Below, one piece after another: positions 24,351-35,030 of a DNA stretch of 64,000 nt (its first letter is position 1; each line of letters begins with the position of its first letter). The position numbers were made by a program, and so were the translations under genes. Source of the stretch: Vairimorpha necatrix (taxonomy: Eukaryota); the NCBI GenBank assembly GCA_036630325.1, contig CP142730.1, forward strand, positions 1,178,001 through 1,242,000, read 5' to 3'. The notes under the pieces were generated by a model, which was given only the letters and a program-made list of their open reading frames with translations, was not told the origin of the DNA and did not search any database.

Positions 24351-27300
24351 CTAGAACTCATTAATCCCAAGCAGACCTTTTAAATCATAATGCCGCTTTT
24401 TCACGATCCTACCATTTTCCAAACTAACTAAGTACGAGTCACCTCCGCAAACTTCCTTGATAACACCATATCCTAAAAACCTTCCTTTCTCATACTTATT
24501 ACAACCCGATAAGTTCTCTTTCTTCGCTACCCTAACTCTCTGACCTTTATAGAATTTCTCTCTTTTGCGAGCCACAAACCTCCTACTATAAAATCCTTCA
24601 GGTCCATTCTCGATCATAACCTGGCCCGTTTCGTCTCTTGAGGCCTCAAACGGTGTACATCTCAACCCTTCATGATAGCTGTTATTATAACGCCATATAC
24701 ATCTATTAACCTTGGCTTCAAAATCCACAGCATCATCTTTCAATATTCCTTCTCTTATGGTTCCTATTACCCTTTCCACTCTTCCATTACTTCTATGACT
24801 TTCTACGCTTACTTTCCTATGTAATACATTTTCCTCTGAACACCAATTCCTCATATATTCATTACTAAATTCTTTACCGTTGTCAGTAATTATTTCTACC
24901 GGTTTCATTCCTGATCCACACAACTGTTTTAAAAATCCTACAACCGAGCTTCCGCGTTTGTCCTCTATTACTTTTCCCCAAACGATCCTAGTATAATAAT
25001 CAATCACGACCAACACATATTTCCCTAAATCTCTAAACTCAATCAAATCCAAAGCAACCTTTTCCAAATAAAATCTTGAACTAACAAAATCACAACCACC
25101 ACTCTTTTTCCTATTATGTATTTGGCAAACTTCACACTTCTTTAAAACATCCTCGATATCCTTCTTCATAACCGGCCAATAAAATTCAAACTTCATTGCA
25201 TAGTACACTGGTCCTAAACTTCTATGTCCCAAATTTTCATGAGCATTGACAATTAAACCTTCACGCAATTCTTTCTTTGGAATCTCCGCTTCTCTACCAG
25301 AGTCAAATACCCAAAATTCCTTTCCATCAACAACTTTAACATGCTTGTCCCATTTACCCTGTGCCTGTTTAATACTTCTCTCCTTATTCATTAGCGTTTT
25401 CTCATTTTCATGTACCCTACTCAGTGCATCTGCTACAACCATGGTACTAGGCTCTCTATATTCAATGCTAAAGTCGAACTCTTGAATCTTTTCAATCCAC
25501 CTGTTAATTCTATTATTGTTAAATGCTGGTTTATTTCTAATCTCGATCAATGCCTTATGATCAGTTTCTACCCTAAATCTTCTTCCGCGTAGTTCATATT
25601 CAAACTTTTTAATTCCCCAAAAGACTGCATACATCATCTTCTCACTGATTCCATATCTCGTTTCCGTAGGCGTAAACTTTTTTGATGCCCACTGTACTGG
25701 TACCCAATTACCTTGATCATCTTCCTGCATTAAAACAGCACCCATTCCAACATTACTCGCATCCGTGCGTAACAAAAATTCCTTATTATAATTAACAATT
25801 GCTAAACCTTTTAAATCCCTAATCACTTCCCTTAAACTAATATATTCTTTTTCCATTTCTTCTGTCCATTTCCAATTACTTCCTCGTCCTTTAAGAGAAT
25901 CCGTCAACGCCAATGTACGTTTTGCATAATTATCAATATGATTTCTAAACCATCCAGCCAGCCCAAGAAACTTCCTAACATCTGATACACACTCCGGTTT
26001 GGGAAATTCTAACGCTTCATTTTGCTTTATTTCAGATGGCAGTATCTCCTTGCCATTAACTGTTACTCCTAACAACATCACCTCTCGTTTACATAATTGA
26101 ACCTTAGCCAAATTAATTTTCATACTATTCTCCTCTAATATATCCACAGCCTCTTTCAACAATTTGTCGTGACCCTCTCTTGTCTTACTATGAATCACAA
26201 TATCGTCCATATAAATTTCGATTCCCTTACCAATAAATTTTTCAAAAATCCCATTCATTATTCTTTGTAATATCTGCGGTGAGTTTTTAAACCCCATGAC
26301 CATCGAATTCCACTCGTATACCTTTTTATTAAACTCAAAAGCCGTCTTAAACCTATCCTTCTCTTCAATCTCAATACTATAAAACCCCTCCTTTAGATCT
26401 ATCACGGTAAAAAATTCAGATCCCTGTGTACTTCTAATAACATCTCTTATCCTAGTTAACTCATAAGGATCCTTCTCTACAATGTCATTAAGAGCAATTA
26501 AATTACTTACTAATCTTATATCACCATTCGGTTTCTCAATCGCTCTAATGGGATTTCTCCAGTCAGATATCGACCTTCTAATTATCTTTCTTCTTTCCAA
26601 ACTATTAATATAATCTTCCGTCTTCTTCAACAAAGCCTGAGCTATAGCCTGCCCTTTTTTAACAACTTTCTTGCCTTCTTGAGTCTTGATAATACATTTT
26701 TCAACCTTACAAAAACTAATATCTTCATCCTCTCTTCCTCCTACCCGTGAAATAATCTCCTCTAAATACGCGATGCCTCTTACATCCCTTCTCAACAGAA
26801 CTCTCTTATTATTGTCCCTTTTGCTATAATCTTGTATATTCCCTAAATTTTTCTTCTTACGTTTTCCACCATCAACATTATAATAATCACATTTGTCCGA
26901 ATTGGAATCGTCATCACATTTACCTTCTAAGTCTAATTGCACTTTACATTTACCAACATAATTAAAACTACTTTTATTTCTTCTGTCTTCAGAATCTCGC
27001 CTCATTCCCCTACAAAATCTAACACTATGGCCTAACTTCCCACAATTGTAGCAACGCATATTCTTTTTATTTTCCTCACGAGACAACTTATTCTTCTCCT
27101 CAAATTTAGCCCATAACGCTAGGGACAACTCTTCAAATTCTTTTTTTCTCACTTGTTCCTTTTCCTCCTGAATAGCTAGCAACTCTAATTTTTCCTCAAT
27201 TTCCTTCCAACTACCCTCTTGCGAGATCCTCTCAACAATAAAATTTCTCAATAAAATAGAACCTCTCCTAAAAATTTCTAACTTAAATCCACACTCATCA

Positions 27301-27425
27301 ATTTTCTCTAAAAACAACTCATAAACAATCCTTTTAACCTCTTTTAATAATATTCTAGCCTCTTGGCCACGGTCCTCCTTTGTAGACCCATTTTCTGGTA
27401 TCGCCCCCATGTGTTTATTTTCCAT
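24351..27425 (-). CDS. Single Gag(CCHC)-RT-RNase H-integrase polyprotein, 1024 aa, no protease motif
   Basis: CYNCGKLGHSVRFC, IDLKEGF, YMDD, TDAS..TDH..ADALSR, H-H-C-C, ALDL..TDNG..RVER. Start set at the ATG inside the LTR, because the upstream part of the track ORF runs into flanking DNA. Confidence 0.95.
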   Translation of the reverse strand: MENKHMGAIPENGSTKEDRGQEARILLKEVKRIVYELFLEKIDECGFKLEIFRRGSILLRNFIVERISQEGSWKEIEEKLELLAIQEEKEQVRKKEFEELSLALWAKFEEKNKLSREENKKNMRCYNCGKLGHSVRFCRGMRRDSEDRRNKSSFNYVGKCKVQLDLEGKCDDDSNSDKCDYYNVDGGKRKKKNLGNIQDYSKRDNNKRVLLRRDVRGIAYLEEIISRVGGREDEDISFCKVEKCIIKTQEGKKVVKKGQAIAQALLKKTEDYINSLERRKIIRRSISDWRNPIRAIEKPNGDIRLVSNLIALNDIVEKDPYELTRIRDVIRSTQGSEFFTVIDLKEGFYSIEIEEKDRFKTAFEFNKKVYEWNSMVMGFKNSPQILQRIMNGIFEKFIGKGIEIYMDDIVIHSKTREGHDKLLKEAVDILEENSMKINLAKVQLCKREVMLLGVTVNGKEILPSEIKQNEALEFPKPECVSDVRKFLGLAGWFRNHIDNYAKRTLALTDSLKGRGSNWKWTEEMEKEYISLREVIRDLKGLAIVNYNKEFLLRTDASNVGMGAVLMQEDDQGNWVPVQWASKKFTPTETRYGISEKMMYAVFWGIKKFEYELRGRRFRVETDHKALIEIRNKPAFNNNRINRWIEKIQEFDFSIEYREPSTMVVADALSRVHENEKTLMNKERSIKQAQGKWDKHVKVVDGKEFWVFDSGREAEIPKKELREGLIVNAHENLGHRSLGPVYYAMKFEFYWPVMKKDIEDVLKKCEVCQIHNRKKSGGCDFVSSRFYLEKVALDLIEFRDLGKYVLVVIDYYTRIVWGKVIEDKRGSSVVGFLKQLCGSGMKPVEIITDNGKEFSNEYMRNWCSEENVLHRKVSVESHRSNGRVERVIGTIREGILKDDAVDFEAKVNRCIWRYNNSYHEGLRCTPFEASRDETGQVMIENGPEGFYSRRFVARKREKFYKGQRVRVAKKENLSGCNKYEKGRFLGYGVIKEVCGGDSYLVSLENGRIVKKRHYDLKGLLGINEF

Positions 27426-27458
27426 AATGAGGGGTAAAAATAATAAGGATATATAACA
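27410..27458 (-). promoter_or_regulatory. 5' LTR of A1 carrying TATA-like tract, CCCC motif, ATG and AATAAA
   Basis: TATATA..ACCCCTCATT-ATG-GAAAATAAACACA. Same CCC-ATG layout as host genes in this window. Confidence 0.8.
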
Positions 27459-29124
27459 TATTATCTGAATCACAGAAAAATGATTTTAAATTAGCATATG
27501 TAATTGAACTTTTGTTTCACTTTAATATTTTATTTACGCCCTTTTAGTTCATCACATTGTATTTTTATTTTCTTAGTAATTTAATCTATACATTCATCAA
27601 TATATAAAATAAATTCATTTTTCGACTAAATAATTTTGCCCGTCTCCAATATTCGACTTCTTCTAAATCATTTGGTCTTATTTCCTAAAGTTTTTCAGTG
27701 TGTGCTTTTGAGATAAAAAAGTTTGTAGATCGCCAGGTCTACCTTTGCATATTAGAGGTTCCGCTTAGCATTTTTAGTGTATTCTATTATAGAATACAAT
27801 GAAAAAAAATTCACATTTCCTTTGTTCACTAGCATTATTTATATAATTTTATAAAAAAATCCTTTATACTTCGTTTTTCAACATTCGTCGCATGCGTACT
27901 TTGTGGAATCATTAATGATATCTTCACCTTGTGAAAAAAATCACGTCTTCTGAAAATGCTCTACTATATTATATATTAATCGATTATCCAAAAGATGCAC
28001 CTTGAACAATGCCTTCTTCATTTTTAAAATTACTTAAGTTAATTTTGTTTAACATTGAACCTAAACTTCGCAGTTTCATAATTTAAATTAAAGCTGATTT
28101 TATAAAACCTTTTTGATTTTGTCATAAAACATTTATTTTTATGTCGAAATAATAATGCAAAAGTTCCAAAAAACGTTTCACAATCAATCTCCGAGGTGTC
28201 GAAAATGTCAAATATAAATTTTTAGTAATTTATAAGAGAAAAATAACAGTGTTGTTATTACAAAAGCTAACGTAATTATGTCAAATTTTCATTGCGTCAA
28301 TGTTAAATTTTTTTAAAAACAAATGATTTTATGTTATTAAAAATAAAAATTAAATTTAAAAAAAATTCATAAGTTTACATTAGTTTATTCATCATGATTA
28401 TTAAACTTATTTAATATCTGTCGTAAATATTGTATAATTTTTAATGAAATTTTTTAAATGAAACTAAAAACAAACATGTGTAATTAGGCTTTTAAAATAT
28501 ACTTAAATAAAATTCAATAGTTTTGAAAAAATCTGAAGGATGGGTTAATTTTGATGATTTTTAATTTATGTTTGACAGTTACAGTATGAAATTTAAATAT
28601 TGTTACTATCTAAACCATTTCGACAATATAAAAAATCAAACACAAAAATCATCGTACATATTAAGCATGATTCGAATTTAATAATAAAGATTTTATATAT
28701 TCTTACAAATTTTAAAATTCGCTAATTTATATGTACTTTTATAATAAAAATTGAATTCAAGAATATTCCAATAAATTTTTTTCAGCTAAGATTTGTTAAA
28801 GTAGATCTAATTTACCATCTTTTAACAATTATCCCCACATATATTTTCTAAATTATTTGATGGCTATAATATCAAATGTATTTTCCAATTATACTGGTTT
28901 TTTATATTAATTTCTGAAATGTTAAATAAATAAAATTAAATTTCTACAGACTAAACACTATAGCTGTTGACTTATATTATTACGTTGTATTAAATATTTA
29001 ATATGATATATTAAGATATGTTAAATCAAAAATCACTTTTATTTTACTTTAAAAACTCTGTAACAATATTTTTAACTTGTAATATACGAAAAAACGAAAA
29101 CAAAAGCGACTAAGTATAAAATTT

Positions 29125-30419
29125 TAATTTATTTTTAAAAACAATAATACTTAAAAAGCAAATATTGATATGAAAATAGCATATAATAACAAATAAAGAC
29201 TTGGTTGTTCATTTCTGTCATTGGGATTATCTTTTGAATCATTGTTATTATTATTATCATGTTTACTATCAGGTATCGAGGTTTTTACAATCTATCCGTT
29301 TTTTTCGTTCTTAAAATATATATCAGATTCCGAGTTAACTAGATTCATATCAAACTATTTATTCTCGAGCCCCGAATTGCCTAGATTCTTATCAAGCGTT
29401 CCGTCATCAAGTTTTTTAATAGGTTCTAATTGCGAATTTTTTAGGTTCTTATCAGGGGTTTCGTCCGCAAGACTCATATCAGGAGTTTTGTTCGCAAGAT
29501 TATTATAAGTTTTTAAATTTTTTAAATTTACACTATATTCTTCTTTCTCTTGATTATTATCCAGCTCTACGTTGCCATTTTTATCTAAGATTTTATTTAT
29601 AAGTTTATTATCAGATTCCAAATTGCCTAGAATCTTATCAGGCGTTTCGTCAAATAAAGTTTGTCGGTTTCCGAGCTATTAAAATTCTTATCAGAAATTT
29701 CGTTATCAAGATTGTTATCAGGTCTTATGTTACTTAGATCAGCATCGAGTTTTTCGTTCTTAAGATTATCAATCGGTTCTATATTCGATGTTTTTTATTT
29801 TCTTTAGTATTTTCATAAGCATCATTTTGCTCAAGATTCTTATTACTATTATCCAAATTATTTGTACTCTTCAAATCAAAATTATTAGTATGGTAAAAAT
29901 ATTCTGAACCAAATTATCTTTATTTTTTATTAGCAATTTCGTTGACGGCTCACCAAAATGTAATTTACCATCGAAATTAAATAATTGTGTGTATGAAAGA
30001 TTATTGGGCCCATTGTTCGCTCTTTTTAAAAGAATTACAAAAAAATATTTTCTTCCATCCACTAAGTTAATTGTACATTTATAATATTTTACACTAAGAA
30101 TAAATTTCCTAATGCATGCGTAGGAATTGAATTTTGAAGATGCTGCTTTGATTTTTTCATATTCTTCTCTATTTACTAGATGTAAGTTACTTTCATTACT
30201 TGCCAATGATAGTTCTACTTTATCATAGAATTCGTCCCGATTTTGGCGCTCAGAAATAAAATCTTCGTCTTTAAGAAGTGTAATTTGCAGGTTTTCTAGA
30301 TGGCTAGCATAGCTTGTAACACCAACATATACATCACATGTATCATTTTCTTTATACTCAACAAATAGCGATAGCCAACAATATCCCCAAACAATAAATA
30401 TTTGAAGCTTCCAATACAT
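29125..30419 (-). pseudogene. Membrane-protein family paralog P1 (broken)
   Basis: CCCAA-ATG. Intact 182-aa N-terminal ORF with the family domain, then a frameshifted repetitive stalk and a C-terminal hydrophobic stretch LYLLLYAIFISIFAF near 29150-29200. Confidence 0.8.
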
Positions 30420-30872
30420 TTGGGTTTTTTTTACTTGAATATTTATCTCATAAAATTAATATAAATTTTATTATGATATTTATGATAAAACAAAAAATTG
30501 AAAACTATACATTTTTTAATATCTTAAACTTTTTTCTTGCTTTTTAATTAAAACTCAAAAATTAATTTAGTGATTAATATTAACGAATTTAAAAAAAAAA
30601 GTTTAGCTTAACAAATTAAAAATTGACTCTTTTCTAAATAGTTAACTACTAAAGATATTAGTTGAATATGTACAATTAACGAAACACTTTAAAGTTTATG
30701 ATAACTTGTGTTCTTATACAAATAAAAGTCTCTGAACTATATCTATAATCTTATTTAAAAAATGAACAAATAGCCTAAAACAAGTTGTCTGTATATATTC
30801 TTGGAATAAACTTTACAAATAACAAATTTTTAAAAATCATAAATGATGTAATGAATTATATTCTATTATTAT

Positions 30873-33800
30873 TGTCGTATCCTTCTATAAATATTATATA
30901 TTTTCACCCCCATGCAATTCGTAATTAAAGGAACATTCGACATGGCGACAGCGATAAAAACTGTTGGCTGCTTCAGTGGAAAGAAGGAAGAGGATATAAC
31001 TACATGGTTGCGTGACACAACGTTTACGGCGAGGGTTATGGGACTGACAGAAAATCAGACCGCCAGACTTATCTGCCTGGGTCTACGTGGGCCAGCTCTC
31101 TCATGGATAGCAATGGCATTTGAACGGGTGTCCAAACTTGATCTGGCAGAGGTTACTAAGAGTCTAAAATTGAGATTTTACAGTTCACTGAAAACTCTGG
31201 CCACTCTAGACGAGTAATTAAACCACAACAATTTGGCAACCTAGAGGCTTTCATAGACTTCTGCAGGAAAGGAAACCCCCTTATAGAGGAACAAACAATG
31301 GAGTACAAAGCAGTCAGCCTCATAGTAATCAAGAAGTCTCCTTCAGTCCTCAAATCAATTCTTTATGATTTTGCTAGACAATGCCAAGATTGGAGTGAAT
31401 TCCTGAGGCGCACAGAGGAAGTTTCTTGGATAGCATTCCCTATGAAAAGTAACACGACTAATACGGACGAGACACTAGATAACAGGACTTTGAAGGTCGC
31501 ACTATCGAAGAAGGGAAATATACCCTACACCATAGAAAACTACAAGATCAACAGCTGTTTTACTATTTTTGCTACATAAACGTAGAATTCAATCGTAAAC
31601 GACATCGAGCATTAATTGATACCGGAGCTGATGTCTCCCTGATACCCGCAAGAGTCCTCGAAGGGACAAATATCAGATTTACCAGATCTTCAACGATCAT
31701 ACGAGCAGTATCAGGGACACCATTGGAGATTACAGGAAGATGTCTAAATATCAATTTTAGGACGGAAAACACTTCAATTACTTTCAGCCCTTACGTCACA
31801 GAACGGACACCGAACTACATAATCTTAGGAGTTGACGCTATACGACCGAACCCCATATTACTGGAACAACTGATCAGAAAATTCGCCAATACAGTCAAGA
31901 AAGGCTCACTGATTAACAAAGTCAATTACATCTAATCGAAGAGAAATACCATGACATGTTCAAAACTGAAATTTCAGAGCTTACACTTTGTAACATGGGG
32001 AAACATCAAATCGAGACAAAGGAGCGAAGGCAATTTACCAGAAAAATGGAAAGATCCCTCTGCACTTTGAAGAGGAAATCACTCAACAGATCAAGAAGAA
32101 CTTGCAGTTGGGCGTAATAAGAAATAGTAGGAGCCCCTGGAACAGTAGAGTTGTTCCGGTAACGAAACCTGATGGGTCGATCAGGCTCTGTATAGATTAC
32201 AGAGAGCTCAACATGATAACAGTCAAAGATAAATACCCCCTCCTACGAATTGATGAAATTCTCAACGATCTAGCTGACGCTACTATCTTTTCGACATTAG
32301 ATGCTACGTCGGGATATTATCAAATATCCCAGAAAGAAGTAGACAAGGAGAAAACAGCATTCAGCTGGAGAGATGGACATTATGAATTTAACAGAATGTC
32401 GTTTGGGCTATGTAATGCCCCTGCTACTTTTCAGAGAACTATGGATAAGATTTTTGTGAAAGAAAACAGAAAATTCGTCATACCATACTTGGATGACATT
32501 ATTATCTATTCTAAAAATCACCAGGAACACCGTGAACACTTGGAAATCGTATTGGGTAAACTTAAGGCAGCAGGAATCGCACTTAACAGGAAAAAGGCTA
32601 CTTCTTTAAGGGAGAAATTTAAATTCTAGGGAATATAGTAACAAAAAAGACGATCAACCCGGACCCAGAGAAGGTCAAAGCCATAAACGAGTATAAGGAG
32701 CCGAAAAATATTGCTCAACTACGGTCGTTTCTTGGCCTCATAAATTACTGTAGGGAGTTCATCCGTAACTTATCAGCAATAGCAGCCCCTCTCTACGAAC
32801 TGTTTAAAGGAGAGTCAAAGCGAAGTGTTAAGAGTATTTCTCTCAGCAAAAAGGAGAAACGGGCATTCGAAGATCTAAAGAGACTTCTCACAGAAGAGAC
32901 AAAAAGATACAAGATTAATCTCAGGAAACCGTTTATACTGATTACGGATGCGTCAGAGCAGGGAATAGGCGCGATCCTCTCACAGATTGGAAATGATGGG
33001 AAGGAGACAATGTAAGTGCATTCAGCAAAAGTTTAGAGAAAGCCCATAAGAACTACTCTACAACAGACAAAGAACTCTTGGCCGTTGTAAAAGGCATCGA
33101 GAACTATAGACACTACCTCCTGGGTAGAGAGTTCATATTGTAGACGTACTCAAAGCGCTGACTTATCTGGGGGAAGCTAAGAACCCTACCAGTAGATTGC
33201 TTAGGTGGGCAATGAAGTTGCAGAAGTATGCATTTCAATCAACCTACATAAAAGGAGAGGTTAATGGAGCAGACGGGTTAAGCAGACAAAACCCGACAGA
33301 GAAAGATAATAATATCATCGAAGCTACAGGACCAAGCGATGAAGACAGACAGAAGATCTTAGAATCCTACCATCTAGACGTTGGACATGCTAGCGCTAGT
33401 ACGATGAGCTTCATGATTTCACAGAGGTACAAATGGGCAGGAATGCATAAGGACATCAAGGAACACGTAGAAAAGTGTAAAACGTGCTTGAAATCGGGAT
33501 ACCCATTACGAAACACAATAAACAAGGTTATACGATCAGAAAGGCCGAACCAAATATGGGTGATAGATCTCATAGGACGCATATGCGACACTTCGGGTCA
33601 AAACAGCTTCATATTCATTGCTATTGACCACTACTCTAAATGGGTCGAGACGGCTGTTATTAACTATAAAACAGGGTCGAAAATAATGGGATTAATCCAG
33701 CAATTGATTATCGAGAAACACGGCATTCCAGAAAGAATCTTGACTGACAACGGGCTAGAATTTATAAATTCTGACATCAAAGACCTGGCCGAAAAGAACG

Positions 33801-34411
33801 GTATTGACTGGCAATACAGTTCACCAGAACATCACGAAACTGAAGGCGCAGTAGAAAGAGCGAATCAGACGTTAATGAAGATACTAAATAAAATTACAGA
33901 TTTCGGAAGGGTAAGCTGGAAGAACAAGCTTCCAGAAGCCACGAGATGCCTCAACCTGTCTTATAATCGGAGCATAGGAACATCGCCGTTTATGTTAAGG
34001 GAAAATAAATTGCTAATGCTGTCTGTAGACAAAGCGCTAGACAAGGAAGAAGTGACATTCTCAGCGGAGGAAACGAAGAGTAAGCGCGATGAAAACTTTG
34101 AAAAGTACAAAAAAGCAAACGTGCAAGGGAAAGTAGAGGTGGCGAAAAAGCTAAACGTGGGCGATAAAGTTTTAATATATCGTGAGACCAAAAGCGGGAA
34201 GTTCAAGTGCAATTGGGAAGATGAATACGTGATCACAGAAATAATTTTACCCGATGCCTATGTGGTAAAAAAGAATGGAAAAGTATACAGGCTTAACAAA
34301 ACACGAGTTAAAGCATATACTTCAATTTATGGGAGGAAGAGGTGTCGTATCCTTCTATAAATATTATATATTTTCACCCCATGCAATTCGTAAATAAAGG
34401 AACATTCGACA
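30873..34411 (+). mobile_element. Ty3/Gypsy LTR retrotransposon family B, defective (3539 bp)
   Basis: LTRs 30873-30942 (70 bp) and 34343-34411 (69 bp) with two differences. Perfect TSD ATTAT. PBS TGGCGACAGCG and PPT GGGAGGAAGAGG. Confidence 0.96.
30912..34360 (+). pseudogene. Gag-PR-RT-RNase H-IN polyprotein with multiple frameshifts and stops
   Basis: Capsid-like FSGKKEEDITTWL..LRGPALSW, protease LIDTGAD (~31612-31632), RLCIDYRELN, YLDD, TDAS, H..H..CKTC, TDNG..VERAN. Confidence 0.93.
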
Positions 34412-34731
34412 ATTATTACCAAGCGAAATCAATCCCATGGATGATGTTTCAAAAATGTTTATTATTATTGTATTAGTTAATTTGCAATATAAAAATCTCA
34501 TTCTAAAAAAGTAGCAAAAATATAATCATTGTAATTCTTCTGTGTTTTTCAATTTTTACTTTGATTTTGGCTTATGTAATTATGATTTATATTAAAAATG
34601 CGTCATTATAAAAATCATTTCTCTCATATGCGATTTTGGATGAAGAGAAAACAAAGTAATATTATTTTTTATTCTAGTTTCCGTTTATTCGAGACCTTAT
34701 CATAGCAAACAAAAAATATGAAAAAAACGTC

Positions 34732-34810
34732 GGCTAAAATTAGCACTTTATATAAAAAATAACAGGGGTAAAATTTTTAAAAAATTGCCCCTTTTTCAAA
34801 AAAAAAGAGA
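34732..34810. repeat. Orphan diverged Merlin-3-type terminal repeat
   Basis: GGCTAAAATTAGCA..AAAATTTTTAAAAAATTGCCCCTTTTT matches the TIR starting at 40569. Confidence 0.7.
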
Positions 34811-35030
34811 TAAAAAGTAATGAAGAGGCTGAAGATTTAATAAGCATTTTTTAAAAAATAAAAACCTAAATGTACAAAGTTGAGACACCTAATAAGAATA
34901 ACTGAAATTTTTTCATTAAAAAAGCAAGCAGAGATTTTTTAATTAGGAATAATTTTTTATTTTTTAATAGTAAGATAGAATATTTATTATCTATAAATGT
35001 TATTTTGTAGATCCTTTAAGTTGAATCTAT

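Larger units (their letters stand above)
24275..27458 (-). mobile_element. Ty3/Gypsy LTR retrotransposon family A, copy 1 (3184 bp)
   Basis: Identical 49-bp LTRs (24275-24323, 27410-27458) with TGT..ACA ends. Perfect 5-bp TSD TATTA. PBS TGGGGGCGA directly after the 5' LTR and PPT GGAGGGGGGA directly before the 3' LTR. Confidence 0.97.

Noticed and set aside
25246-25592. Antisense ORFs repeated in both A copies, and similar shadows over P2-P5, B and C
   Set aside because: They are conserved only because the copies are near-identical. Typical reverse-strand shadows without CCC-ATG context.
29340-29850. Repeat-spacer-like pattern suggesting CRISPR
   Set aside because: Repeats are degenerate, irregular and inside a coding stalk. 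Eukaryotic context and no cas genes.
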